Assembly (NCBI GenBank): GCA_963769025.1
Contig: CAVYKI010000009.1
Coordinates: 672,001 to 736,000, forward strand
Source: an uncultured Verrucomicrobiae bacterium
GTDB taxonomy: Bacteria > Verrucomicrobiota > Verrucomicrobiia > Chthoniobacterales > Chthoniobacteraceae
Direction of reading: 5' to 3'
Length of the DNA stretch: 64,000 nt
Below, one piece after another: positions 21,679 to 33,200 of this stretch. The notes beneath the pieces are model-generated. The model did no database searches. It had not been told where the DNA came from and saw only the letters and a program-made list of their open reading frames with translations. Position numbers and translations under genes: made by a program. How positions within the stretch are numbered: the first letter of the stretch is position 1; each line of letters opens with the position of its first letter.

Positions 21679-24415
21679 ATGAGCAACAGCAAGCCAGTGC
21701 CAGGACAGCGATGGGTCAGCGACACCGAACCGGAGCTCGGCCTCGGGATCATTCTCAAGGCCGGATTCGGACGCGTGGAGGTTTTTTTCCACGCCGCAGG
21801 CGAGCAGCGCCAGTACGCCATCGAGTCTGCGCCGCTGCGGCGGGTGCGGTTTGCGGCCGGAGACAAAATCAAGTCGCGCCAGGGCTCAGAGCTGCTGGTG
21901 GAGGCGGTGGAGGAACGCGGTGGGCTGCTCGTCTATCACTGGGCGCGCGGCGAACTCGCGGAGGCGGACCTTTCCGACTCGATCAGCTTCAGCAAACCGG
22001 AGGACCGGCTCTTCGGCGGGCACGTGGACGATCTCCACACGTTCGATCTCCGCGTGCAGGCGCTGCAGCGCCGCTGCGATCTGCGGCGTTCACCGGTGCG
22101 CGGCTTCACCGGCGGGCGGGTGGATCTGCTGCCGCACCAGATGTTCATCGCGAGCGAAGTCGCCAGCCGGCTCGTGCCGCGCGTCCTGCTCGCGGATGAA
22201 GTCGGCCTCGGAAAGACGATCGAGGCAGGGCTCATTCTCCACCGCCTGCATCTTACGGGGCGCGCCGAGCGCATTCTCATCCTCGTCCCGGAGCCGCTCG
22301 TGAACCAGTGGTTCGTGGAGCTGCTGCGCCGGTTCAATCTGCTCTTCAGCATTTTCGACGAGGAGCGCTGTGCTTCCATCCAGGAACATCAGCCGGACGC
22401 GAATCCCTTCCTGGACAGCCAGCTCGTGCTTTGCAGCATCGCACTGCTCTCGGAGAATCCGACAAGGGCGAGCCAGGTCGTCGAGGCTGGCTGGGATCTG
22501 CTGGTCGTGGACGAGGCGCATCACATGGAGTGGAGCCCCGACAACGCGGGGCCGCAGTACGCGCTCGTCGAGGCGCTCGCGCAAAAGACGCCCGGGCCTC
22601 CTCCTGCTCACCGCGACTCCGCAGCAACTCGGGCCCGAGGGACACTTCGCGCGCCTGCGCCTGCTCGACCCGGATCGCTACGCCGACCTCGCAAAATTCC
22701 TCGATGAAACCGGCCACTACGAGCAGGTCGCGCATGCCCTCGATCGCCTGCTCTCCGGCAAGCCGTTGAGCAAGGAAGACCGCGAGCTTTTCGGCAGACA
22801 ATCGCCGCGAGTCCTGCGCCACTGCGACGAACTCGCGACAGGCGGCGCCGCAGCGCGCGCGCATCTCGTGGGCGAATTGCTCGACGCGTTCGGCACCGGG
22901 CGGGTCATGTTTCGCAACACGCGGGCCTCGCTGCCCGGATTCCCAAAACGCAAGGCGCGGCTGCATCCGCTCGACGGCGCGTCGGACGAAATCGCGGCGA
23001 AGGTGAAATGGCTCGCCGAACTGCTCAAGGAACTCCCCACGGAAAAAGTACTGCTCATCTGCCGCACCCGCGAATTGGTCGAGAACATCGCCGCGCGTCT
23101 CCAGCGCGAGATGAAGGTGAACGCCGGCATTTTCCACGAGGGTCTCACGCTGCTGCAACGGGATCGCAACGCGGCGTTCTTCGCGAGCGATGAAGGCGCG
23201 CGCATCCTCCTCTGCTCGGAGATCGGGAGCGAGGGACGCAACTTCCAGTTCGCGCATCACCTCGTGCTCTTCGACCTCCCGGCGAATCCCGAACTGCTCG
23301 AACAGCGCATCGGCCGCCTCGACCGCATCGGCCAGACTTCCACGATCCAGATTCACGTGCCGTACCTGCCGGGCACGGCCGCGGAGGTGCTCGCGCGGTG
23401 GTACCACGAAGGGCTCAACGCCTTTGAAAAAAACCCGCATGGCGCCAACGAGATCGCGCGCACACAAAAGGCCGAGCTAACCGCGCTGTGCGAGGACTAC
23501 TCCGCAAAAAAGCTGCCGACCTTCATCAAGCGTACCCGCACGCTGCACGCCAGCGTCGCGGGCAAACTTGCGCGCGGGCACGACCGACTGCTCGAACTGA
23601 ATTCCTCCAAGCCCGAACGCGCGGCTGCGCTCATCGGGCAGATTCGCGAGGCGGATGCGGACACGGCGTTCGAGGAGTTTTTCGCCGATCTGCTCGATCA
23701 CTTCGGAGTCCAGGTGGATGACCTCGGCTCTCGCGCGTATCTCCTGAAGCCCGGCCACCTCCTCACCGACGCGTTCCCTTCCCTTCCCGCGGATGGGATG
23801 TCGGTGACCTTCGAACGCACGCGCGCTCTCAGCCGGGAGGATCTCGGTTTCATGACGGGCGACCATCCGCTCGTCAGCGGAGCGCTCGACCTTCTGCTCG
23901 GCTCAGAGGGCGGCAACACGGCCTTCGGAATCTGGAAAGACTCCGGCAGCGAATCCATCCTCCTCGAAGTGCATGCCGTGGTCGAATGTGTCGCGCCATC
24001 CGCGCTGCATGCGGATCGCTTCCTGCCCCCCACCCCGCTCCGCGTCGTCGTGGATCATGCGATGGCCGACCGCTCCGACGATCCCGCGGTGAGATCCGCA
24101 AAGCTCGAAAAGGGCGACATCTTCCGACTCCTCGATCGCGGGGCGATGAAGCGAAAGCTCCTCCCCGCCATGCTGGCCGCCGCGCAAACCCTCGCGACGA
24201 CCCGGATGCAGGCGGTGGTGGCCGAGGCGACGCTCGCGATGGAGACGCAACTGCAGGACGAGATCGAACGCCTCGAAACCCTGCGCACGATCAACGACCA
24301 CGTCCGCCCGTCGGAGATCGCCGCCGCACACCAGCAGAAGGCGGAACTCCATGCGGCAATCTCGTCCGCCCATCTGCGCCTCGACTCGCTCCGATTGATT
24401 CTCGGATTGAAGTAG
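21679..24415 (+). CDS. rapA: RNA polymerase-associated SNF2 ATPase RapA/HepA; one +1 frameshift near 22594 (probable sequencing error)
   Basis: GQRWVSDTEPELGLG; RVLLADEVGLGKTIEAG; DEAHH; after the shift LLLLTATPQQLG, GTGRVMFRNTR, SEIGSEGRNFQFA, LEQRIGRLDRIGQ. Confidence 0.92.
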
Positions 24416-24478
24416 CGCAGGCATTCCAGTGGTGGCAGCGGCCTTGCCATTCACGCGGCAGCGTGTGAACTGCCGCCA

Positions 24479-25606
24479 ATGAAAACGCTCGCCGCCGTGC
24501 TTCGCCAGCGCGGGTTGCCCGCCCCCTACGCGCAAAGCAAACCGCTCGTCATCGAGGAGCTTGAGCTCGATCCGCCGGGCGAGGGCGAGGTGCTCATCGA
24601 AATGTCCGCGGCGGGACTTTGTCATTCGGATCTCTCGGTCATCAACGGCACGCGGCTCTGGCCGCTGCCCATCGTCATCGGCCACGAGGCGTGCGGCGTG
24701 GTGCGCGAACTTGGCAAAGGCGTGAAGGATCTCGGCGAAGGAGACCACGTCGTGTTCTCGTTTCTCCCGACCTGCGGCCACTGCCCGATGTGCGCGGCAG
24801 GCCGCGCGGCACTCTGCGAGCCCGGCGTGACGGCGAACCGCGCGGGCGTGCTCATCACCGGTGGAGTGCGTTTTCAGAAACCAAACGAAGGACGGGTCCA
24901 CCACCACAGCGGCGTGGCCGGCTACTCGCAGTTCAGCGTGGTCGCGCGCGAGTCCATTGTGAAAATCGAGCCAGATGTGCCGATGGAGACGGCGGTCCTT
25001 TTTGGCTGCGCGATCATGACCGGCGTCGGCGCGGTGGTGAACACGGCAAAGGTGGCCGCCGGGACGTCGGTCGCCGTGTTCGGGATGGGTGGCGTCGGGC
25101 TGAGCGTGGTGATGGGAGCGAAGGCCGCGGGCGCGTGGCCGATTGTCGCGGTCGATTCCCTTGCGGCGAAGGAATCGCTAGCGAAGCAGTGCGGCGCGAC
25201 GCATTTCGTGAATGCAGCAACCTGTGATTCCGTCGCGGCGATCCGCGACATCACCCACGGCGGCGCGGAGACCGCATTCGAGGCGGTCGGCGATGAACGT
25301 GTGATCGCGCAGGCTTTCGGCGCCACGCGGCGCGGCGGACGGACGGTGTGCATCGGCCTTCCGCATCCCGAAAAAATGCTGACGCTCCCCGCGCTCGCCT
25401 TCGCGGCCGAAGAGCGCGTGCTCATGGGCAGCTACATGGGATCGTGCGTGCCGCAGCGGGACATTCCGCGTTTCATCCGGATGTTTCGCGCCGGACTGCT
25501 GCCCGTGGACCTGCTGCGCACGCGCGAGATCCGCCTCGAAGAAGTGAACGAAGCCTTCGACCTGCTCGATCGCGGCGAAGTCGCGCGTCAGGTGATCCGG
25601 TTTTGA
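24479..25606 (+). CDS. Zinc-dependent alcohol dehydrogenase (MDR family)
   Basis: GLCHSD, GHEACG, CGHCPMC...C structural zinc site, GCAIMTG, GMGGVG. Confidence 0.93.
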   Translation: MKTLAAVLRQRGLPAPYAQSKPLVIEELELDPPGEGEVLIEMSAAGLCHSDLSVINGTRLWPLPIVIGHEACGVVRELGKGVKDLGEGDHVVFSFLPTCGHCPMCAAGRAALCEPGVTANRAGVLITGGVRFQKPNEGRVHHHSGVAGYSQFSVVARESIVKIEPDVPMETAVLFGCAIMTGVGAVVNTAKVAAGTSVAVFGMGGVGLSVVMGAKAAGAWPIVAVDSLAAKESLAKQCGATHFVNAATCDSVAAIRDITHGGAETAFEAVGDERVIAQAFGATRRGGRTVCIGLPHPEKMLTLPALAFAAEERVLMGSYMGSCVPQRDIPRFIRMFRAGLLPVDLLRTREIRLEEVNEAFDLLDRGEVARQVIRF

Positions 25607-25695
25607 TCCACGCGACCATCTGGCAGGGAGCGAGGCGCTGGGCGAAGTGAACGCTGGCTTTCCCCGTCCCGCTGCATCATTCCCAGCGGCGACAC

Positions 25696-26259
25696 ATGGC
25701 ACTCAAGGCGACCATCCATAAGGCAACCGTCCAGCTCTCCGACATCGATCGCGGGGTCTATGGCGACTACCCGCTCATCATCGCGCGGCATCCGTCGGAG
25801 ACTGACGAACGCATGCTCATCCGCCTGCTTGCCTTCGCGCTCAATGTTCCGCCTGACGACACCCGAGGCGCCATGGAATTCGCCAAGGACATGTGGGACG
25901 TCGACGAGCCCGCCCTGTGGCACCGCGATCTCACCGGGCAGATTTTGCACTGGATCGAAGTCGGCCAACCCGACGAGAAGCGCCTCCTGCGCACCACGTC
26001 GCGCGTGGACCGTGTCAGTGTTTACAGTTTCAGCAGCAGCACTCCGGTATGGTGGAAAGGCATTGCCTCGCAGCTCACCCGGGCGCGGAACCTCACCGTC
26101 TGGCAGATTCCGGCGGAGCAGAGCCGCGCCCTTGCGGGGCTCGCGCAACGTTCGATGGAGTTGCAGGTCACTGTGCAGGACGGCGGCATCTGGATCGGCG
26201 ATGGCGAGCACTCGATCGAAGTAACCCCGGCGCGCCTTCTCGAGGCGGCGACGACCTAG
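25696..26259 (+). CDS. yaeQ: YaeQ family protein
   Basis: MALKATIHKA; ARHPSETDERMLIRLLAFAL; DEPALW; WIEVGQPDEKR. Confidence 0.93.
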   Translation: MALKATIHKATVQLSDIDRGVYGDYPLIIARHPSETDERMLIRLLAFALNVPPDDTRGAMEFAKDMWDVDEPALWHRDLTGQILHWIEVGQPDEKRLLRTTSRVDRVSVYSFSSSTPVWWKGIASQLTRARNLTVWQIPAEQSRALAGLAQRSMELQVTVQDGGIWIGDGEHSIEVTPARLLEAATT

Positions 26260-26298
26260 CTCGCGCGTCCATCCTCGGCGACGGATCGAAGCCGGGGA

Positions 26299-27237
26299 TC
26301 AATGAGCCCCGCCGGCGTTCTTCACCGCCGCGTGTGCCGTGCTGCGGAGAAATTTCGCGAAGGCCGCATCGAGCCCCGCGGGCACGAACGTGTTGTTCTC
26401 CACGCTTTTTCCGAACAGGACTTCATACCACACGCACGCGCCGAGGTACTCGCCGGCCTTGTTCGCGTGGTGTCCGTCCATGGTGAGTTTCATCGTGCCG
26501 TCGGTGCTCTTCTTCCAATTCCACCCGACATGGAGCGAATGCGTCTGGTCCGGCAGTTCGCCGGGCTTTGCCCGCTTGGAATCAAACGGCGTCGCAGGCA
26601 CGCGGAATCCCCATTGCGGATCGCGGTTCGCGAGATGGAACGCATCGCCGACGGGAATGCGCCGCACGCCGAGTTCCTTCGCGATGGTTTCGTAGGCGTC
26701 CGCGAGTCCGCGATACATCTCGTCCTGCGTCTTTGGCTCGCCGGGTTTCGGAGTCTTCGCTGAAAACCGCGAATCGTCGGCGCGATATTCCCAAGTCTGG
26801 TGCAGCAGCAGCGTCGCGCCGGGCGCGTGTTGCCGGATGTAGTCGCTCAACAGCTTCGCAAACGGGCGGTACGTCGCGATGTCGTGGCTCTTGATGCTCG
26901 CCTGCTGGAACGTCACGAAATCCCAGCGCTCGCCCGCGAGCAAATCCTTCAGACCCTTGCCTCCGGTGTAGAGCCCCAGCTTGTCTGCCGGGTCCTTCTC
27001 GAACGCCTGCACCTTGCCCCAATGCACTTCCATGCTCGATCCGCCGACATTTGCCGTCCGCAGGATCAGCGTGTCGCCCGCGGCCTTCGCGATGTCGCCG
27101 AGATAGCGTGTCGCATTGGCGGAAAAGCTGTTGCCCACCGTGAACAGGCGGACGGTCTTCGGTTGCGCGGGTGCCTCGGCAAGGCACAGCGGCGCGCAAA
27201 GGACGAGCAGTGAGAGTAAGATGCGGCGGGTGATCAT
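26299..27237 (-). CDS. Secreted SGNH-like hydrolase (DUF4886-like)
   Basis: Signal peptide; GNSFS; WDFVTFQQAS; HQTWEY; IPVGDAF; DGHHANKAGEYL. Confidence 0.75.
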   Translation of the reverse strand: MITRRILLSLLVLCAPLCLAEAPAQPKTVRLFTVGNSFSANATRYLGDIAKAAGDTLILRTANVGGSSMEVHWGKVQAFEKDPADKLGLYTGGKGLKDLLAGERWDFVTFQQASIKSHDIATYRPFAKLLSDYIRQHAPGATLLLHQTWEYRADDSRFSAKTPKPGEPKTQDEMYRGLADAYETIAKELGVRRIPVGDAFHLANRDPQWGFRVPATPFDSKRAKPGELPDQTHSLHVGWNWKKSTDGTMKLTMDGHHANKAGEYLGACVWYEVLFGKSVENNTFVPAGLDAAFAKFLRSTAHAAVKNAGGAH

Positions 27238-27259
27238 GGTTCGGGATGTGATGATGACT

Positions 27260-28588
27260 TCACGGTTTTGAATCGATGCCTCCCGCACTCGCCGCGGACG
27301 CGAGGCCGACTGCATTCACGCTGCGCACGCCGTAGCGATGCTTCTCCCCGGGCTTCGCAGTCGCGTCCTTGAAGCTCATCGGCGGAGTCGCGACGACGGG
27401 AGTGTCACCGCCGGTCAACCCCTGAAACAAAGGCGTGCCGATCTTACCAACGGGCTTCTCCGGCAGGCGCGCGATCTCTTTGCCATCGCGCTCGATGATG
27501 AAACCGCCGAGCCCGCTTTCGAGATCGGCCTCCGTGCTCCACGTGAGTTCGCCGGTGGCGCTGAGACGCACGTTCGTCGGCAGAGGCGGCGGTGTGGTGT
27601 CGGCAGGACGGCCGGTCGCATTGTAGGACATCCAAGCCTTGGCCAAGGCAGCGTCCGGAAGCCAGTGCGCCGCAGCTTTGTCGCCGCTGAATTCGCTGGC
27701 AGGCTGCGCCGCGTTCGAGCCGGGTGCGGCGAGCCATGCGAGGTTCAAGTTCACGGGCTTCAGCCTCTGCGTGCCGCTGCCGGCATCGGGCAGGCGTTGC
27801 GCGAGGCAGGCGTCAAAGAATGCGATGGCCAGGTAGCGCGAGTCGCCGCACTCGTGGCCGCTGAGCGGATCGGACGCGAGTCCGCCCGGAGCGCCGTGCT
27901 CGCGCCACGCCTTGAGCATCGCGCGATCTCCGATGCGCGGCGGGCCGTGGACCTTGTCCTCCGCTTCCTTCACGCCGCCGATGAACATGAACGGCACCTC
28001 GTACACCGCGGGCGTGAGCACCGGTTTGGGAATCTCTCCACGCTGCCAGACGGCATAGGCGGAGCCGGAGCGAAAGAAGATCGCGGCGATGCGTTCGGGA
28101 TGCAGCGTGAGCATGATGCTCGACCAGAACCCGCCGCCCGAGTGTCCCCACAAGCACCACGGCACAGTCGTGAGCTCAGGGTGCTTTGATTCGTTCGCGA
28201 AATGAGCGAGCGCCTTTTGGAAAGCCGCGTCCGAGCCATTGCGCGGGTCGCACCAATTGCGGCAGTCCTTGTCCGTGAGTTGCTGATACGAAGGCCCGAG
28301 CAGCGCGCAGTCCCATTTCCGAGCGAGAGCCTGCCAATGCAGATCGTACGCTGCTGTCTTCCCGGTGAGGCCCGAGCCTTTGCCGCAACCATGCTGATGC
28401 ACGATCACCCCTCGGAGGGTCTTCACGCCCTCGGGGATCCAGATCGTGTAAGTCACCGGCATGGCCAGTTCGCCGGGCTTGTCCGATGCCTCGTAGCGGA
28501 TCGCGTAGTATGGGGGTGCGACTGGCGGGAGAGCGTCGGCGGCGAAGGAAGACGCCGCGAGCGCGAGGAGCAGGAGGGCGGTTTTCAT
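27260..28588 (-). CDS. Secreted alpha/beta-hydrolase-fold protein with C-terminal FnIII-like module
   Basis: Signal peptide; HQHGCG; nucleophile elbow WGHSGGG; GHECG; C-terminal HRYGVRSVNAVGL. Confidence 0.65.
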   Translation of the reverse strand: MKTALLLLALAASSFAADALPPVAPPYYAIRYEASDKPGELAMPVTYTIWIPEGVKTLRGVIVHQHGCGKGSGLTGKTAAYDLHWQALARKWDCALLGPSYQQLTDKDCRNWCDPRNGSDAAFQKALAHFANESKHPELTTVPWCLWGHSGGGFWSSIMLTLHPERIAAIFFRSGSAYAVWQRGEIPKPVLTPAVYEVPFMFIGGVKEAEDKVHGPPRIGDRAMLKAWREHGAPGGLASDPLSGHECGDSRYLAIAFFDACLAQRLPDAGSGTQRLKPVNLNLAWLAAPGSNAAQPASEFSGDKAAAHWLPDAALAKAWMSYNATGRPADTTPPPLPTNVRLSATGELTWSTEADLESGLGGFIIERDGKEIARLPEKPVGKIGTPLFQGLTGGDTPVVATPPMSFKDATAKPGEKHRYGVRSVNAVGLASAASAGGIDSKP

Positions 28589-28602
28589 CAGGTCGCCGCC
28601 TC

Positions 28603-29269
28603 TCACTTCTTCTGCTTCGCCTTGAGCATTCCCTGCACGCGCGCCTTCTCCTTTTCCAAGGCTGCGGGTGGCACCGGCATCGGGGTGAAATCCGAGCGTG
28701 TGAGCTGTTCATCCGCGGGGATAGTGCGGAGGAGGATATTGCGAAACCACACGTCCGCGCCGTGGTCCTGCAGCCAGAGTTTGCCGCCGCGCGCCTTCAG
28801 ATCAGCGCCGCGGATGCGCAGCAATTCGATCTCCGCGGCCCACTTCGGATCGGTGTAGTCAAAGTCGATGACCTTCTCGCCGTTGAGCCAATGCTGGATG
28901 ACAGTGCCTTTGCAGACGACGCGGCCTTCGTTCCATTCACCGAGCGGTTTCGTCGCATCCTTCGATGGCGCCATGCAAAAGAACAGCGAGGCTGCGGCCT
29001 GGCGCGGGTTCTCGCCGTAGGGGCTGTTGACGTTGTCGAGCACCTGGTATTCGTACTGGCCCGGGCGGTAGTACACGCCGCTGTTGCAGCCTTTCGATAC
29101 CTTCCACTCGAAGCGCAGTTCGAAGTCATCGGGCACCGTCTTCACCGTGTAGGTCAGCGGTCCGCCCTTATGCCTTGCGAAAGAACGCGCCGTCTTCGAT
29201 GACCCAGTTGCCCTTCTGCTCCCAGCCGGTGAACGTCCGACCATCGAACAGCGACTCGAAGCCATCCGT
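28603..29269 (-). pseudogene. DUF1080 protein with a frameshift near 29170 and no clear native N-terminus
   Basis: Upstream frame reads DGFESLFDGRTFTGWEQKGNWVIEDGAFFRKA*; a second frame continues KGGPLTY...DFELRFEWK...NSGVYY...EYQVLDN...WNEGRV...LWLQDHG..VWFRNI. Confidence 0.7.
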
Positions 29270-29480
29270 GCCGCGCTCCATCACGAGGACCATGTCGCCA
29301 GGATCCCCCTCCCCGGCCTTTCGCCCTTCGCCAAAAGCGGGCACCGGGCTCTTCGCAGTTCACGAACAGCAAGGGATCCATGTGGTAACCGCCGGGACCT
29401 GGGCTGAAAAGTTTGCTTTCGACAAACAACGGCTCCGCGTGGGCCGCGACGATCAGGAGGAGGAAGAGGAGGCGCAGCAT
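29261..29480 (-). pseudogene. Degraded 5' remnant of an exported sialidase-like (GH33) gene
   Basis: Signal peptide MLRLLFLLLIVAAHA, then LFSPGPGGYH; shifted frame WIP...TAKSPVPAFGEGRKAGEGDPGDMVLVMERGTDG resembles the RIP motif and first Asp-box region. Confidence 0.5.
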
Positions 29481-29490
29481 GGGATGGGAC

Positions 29491-29928
29491 CTACTCCGCG
29501 GACACCACGAGGACCGGGCATTTCGCGCGGGAGAGGATCTGGTTGGTCACGCTTCCGACGAGGAGATTGTAAAAGGAATTGTGCTGATGGGATCCGACGA
29601 CGATCAGATCCGCTTCCGCCTGCAGCGCCTCTTCTGCGATCCGATCGATGGTCGTGCCGTGAAACTGTCGGAGCGTCACACCCAGTCCGCACGCCCTCAG
29701 CGGTTCGGTCAGCTTTTGAAGCGCGGCCATGTCGGCCTTCAGCTCCGCTTCCGTCGGCTGATGCGGCACTGCCGGTGCCGCGAGGGGGACATCGATGGCT
29801 CCTGTCCTCACCGGCATGCCGTGCAGCACGGTCACCTGGCTTTTGAACGCTTGGGCGATCACCTGGACTTGCTTGAGGACGTTCGCGGCGACATCCGAGA
29901 AATCCACGAGGGCGATGATGGTCTTCAT
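29491..29928 (-). CDS. Universal stress protein (UspA family)
   Basis: MKTIIALVDFS; ADLIVVGSH; LLVGSVTNQIL...CPVLVV. Confidence 0.92.
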   Translation of the reverse strand: MKTIIALVDFSDVAANVLKQVQVIAQAFKSQVTVLHGMPVRTGAIDVPLAAPAVPHQPTEAELKADMAALQKLTEPLRACGLGVTLRQFHGTTIDRIAEEALQAEADLIVVGSHQHNSFYNLLVGSVTNQILSRAKCPVLVVSAE

Positions 29929-30260
29929 ACGGAGCGCTTCTATCCGCGGACCGCGGGACAAGAAAGCTCGATTCGGCGATGGTCTCAGCGGGCGATTTGC
30001 TGAAAGAAATCCAGCCAGGAAGAGCGCCGAACCGATTTTGTATTGATGGTTGAAATAATCCCGAGTTCTATCCACCCCGATGCTGATGGCGTACCCCCAA
30101 GGTGACAAGACAGGCGGGCGCCCGGGGAGAATCGCGAACTGCGACCGGGCCCTCCCCGGGATGAAGTTTGTCCAGGGACACGGGGCTTAAGGACGGGCGA
30201 CTGCGTTGCCGTCCGAAAGCACGGCATCGTCCGCCTTTTGCACCCACGAGGAGTCTCCGC

Positions 30261-33200
30261 ATGAGTCATCGTCCCCTGCAAATATTGGCGCGGGTGCTCC
30301 TCTTGGCGCTGCTGTATTTTGTCACGGGCCGGCTGGGACTGATGCTGCCGGCCTACGGTTCCCACATCACACTGCTCTGGCTCCCCACCGGGATCGCTGT
30401 CGCGGCCCTGATGCGCTGCGACTTCCGTTGCTGGCCGGGCGTCACGCTCGGGGCGCTGGCTGTGAATTGCGCCACCGGCCTCACCTGGCCGTCGGTGCTG
30501 GGCATCGCCGTGGGAAATACCGCGGGGGCTGTGCTGGCCGCATGGATTCTGCGGCGCACGGGCTTCCACATCGCGTTCGATCGCAAGCGGGACATCCTTT
30601 TCCTCGCGGGAGCGGCGGCGGTCGGGATGCTCGTGACGGCGGGCATCGGCGTGGAAATGCTGGCGCTCTCCGGTGCGTTGCCAGGCAACCGGATGGCCGC
30701 AAGGCTGATCTGGTGGGCCGGGGATACCATGGGAGTCATCTCCGCCGCGCCGCTCCTGCTCGCCATGAATCGGCAGGAATGGCGCTCGATTCGCTTCCGA
30801 AGGGGCGAATTTGCGGTCTGGATTTCGGTCGCTTCCCTCACGGTTTTCGGCGTGTTCATTTCCAGTGCAGGACGGCATGGGCAGGTGTGGTCCCTGGCTT
30901 TCCTGACCCTGCCTCTGGTCGCGTGGACCGCGCTCCGTTTTGGCGCGATCGGCACATCGCTCGCGGTCATCCTCCTCTCCATCGGCGCCGCATCCGGAAC
31001 GGTGAGCGGGCGCGGGCCCCTCTATCGGGCTGATCCGACGGAGGCTGCGGTGCTGCTTTGGCTTTTTATGGCGACGACCGCGACGCTCGGGTGGTTGATC
31101 ACCGCCCTGCACGCCGCCCGCGTGAAGGCGACCGGGATGCAGCACGTGCTCGAGGAGGCGCTCAGCGACGTTTCACTGGGCGTGCTGCTCGGCGACCTCG
31201 ATCGGAACATCACGTACACCAACATGGGCTTCACCCGACTCACCGGCTACACGGCGGAGGACATGCAGGGGCAAAGCTGCCGCATCCTGCAGGGGCCCGG
31301 GACCGATCCTGCTGTCGCGGAAAAGCTCAGGGCCGCGCTCCACGACGGAGGCTATTTCGACGGGGAAATCCTCAACTATCGCAAGGACGGCACGCCTTTC
31401 TGGAATGCACTCCTCATCTCACCAATCCACGACGAGCGCGGTGAAAAGACCGGCTTTCTCGGAGTCCAGCGCGACTTCACCAAACGCCGGGAGGCCGGGA
31501 CCGCGCTGAGGGAGAGCGAGGACCGCTTTCGCAGGCTCATCGACAACGCGCCGGAGGCCGTCGTCCTCATGGACGCCGCCGACGGGCGCTTCATCCAGGC
31601 CAATGCCACGGCGGAACGGCTGTTCAGACTTTCCGCCGCAGAACTCTGCCAGCGCGGGCCGTTGGAAATGAGCCCGCCCACGCAGCCGGACGGGCGGTCT
31701 TCCAGAGAGCAGGGGCGCGAGTACATCGCCCGGGCGCTGGCGGGCGAAACGCCGGTGTTTGAGTGGTTGCATCGCGACGCGGAAGGAAACGACATTCCTT
31801 GCGAGGTGCGGCTGCTGAGATTTGAAATCGGTGGCCGGGCGGTCGTGCGCGGAAGCATCACCGACATCACCGCACGGCGAAAGGCGGAGGCTGCGCTGAC
31901 CGCCTCGATGGAGTTTTCCAATAGCCTGATCCGCTCGATGCAGGATGGCGTTGTCGTACTCGACGTGAATGGCGTCCATCTGGATGTGAATCCCGCATTT
32001 TGCAAAATGACCGGCCTCGACCGCGGGGAACTCATCGGCGTCGGGGCGCCGCACCCCTACTGGCCGCCGGAAGAATTCGATCGGATCCAGACCGCCTTTG
32101 GCGAAACCATGAACGGCAACTTTGCCGACTGCGAACTGACCTTCATGCGCAAGAACGGGGAACGCTTTCCGGTCATCGTCAGCCCTTCCGCCCTCCGAGA
32201 TGGCGACGGCAAAGTGGTCAACTATCTGGCAACGGTGAAGGATGTCACCGAGCGGATCCGCCGTGAGGAATCGCTGCGGATCGCCAACCAGAAGGTGAAG
32301 CTGCATTTCGAGCACACGCCGATGGCCGTCATCGAGTGGGACATCGACTTCCGCGTGACGCGGTGGAATCCCTCGGCGCAGACGATTTTCGGTTTCAGCG
32401 AGGAGGAGGCGATGGGGCAACATGGCTCCTTCATCGTTCCGGAAAAGTTTCGCCCCCATGTGGACGAGGTGTGGCAGGCATTGCTGAAGAAGAGCGGCGG
32501 GGAACGGAGCTCCAACGAAAATATCCGCAAGGACGGCGCGCAAATCCTCTGCGAATGGTACAATACCCCGATCGTCGATGCGCAGGGCATCGTGGCCGGG
32601 GTGGCTTCGCTCGTGATGGACATCACCGACCGCAAGCACGCGCAGCGGTTGCTCGCGTGGGAAAAGAACGCCATGGAACTCATCAGCGGCCCGGCATCCC
32701 TCCACGACGTGCTGGCCGGGCTGATGTACGGCCTGGAAAAACAGGCGCCCGGCGCGCTGTGTTCCATACTCCTGCTCGACGCAGATGGCATCCACCTGCG
32801 GCACGGGGCCGCACCAAGCCTGCCGGAGGAATACAACCGCGCCATCGACGGTGCCGCCATTGGGCCCGCAGTCGGCTCATGCGGCACGGCCGTCTATTAC
32901 AACCGCCAGGTCATCGTTTCCGATATCGCGACTGATCCGCTGTGGGCCGACTACAAGGAACTCGCCCTCGGACACGGCTTGCGCGCCTGCTGGTCCACAC
33001 CGCTCCGGGGCACCATGGGCAAAATACTTGGAACATTTGCCATCTACTACCGCGAGCCGCGCGAGCCCCTCACGAGCGAATTGGAACTGATCGCGCGGGC
33101 GACCAACATCATCCGCATCGCCATCGAGCGAAAGCGGGCGGAGGACGAACTGCTGGAGAGCGAGGAAAAATTCCGCACGCTCTTCGAGAGTTCCAGCGAT

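Noticed and set aside
22590..22600. Programmed frameshift or true pseudogene in rapA
   Set aside because: A single extra base in a short G run, no slippery heptamer, and both halves intact; this matches the insertion errors seen in parE/parC.
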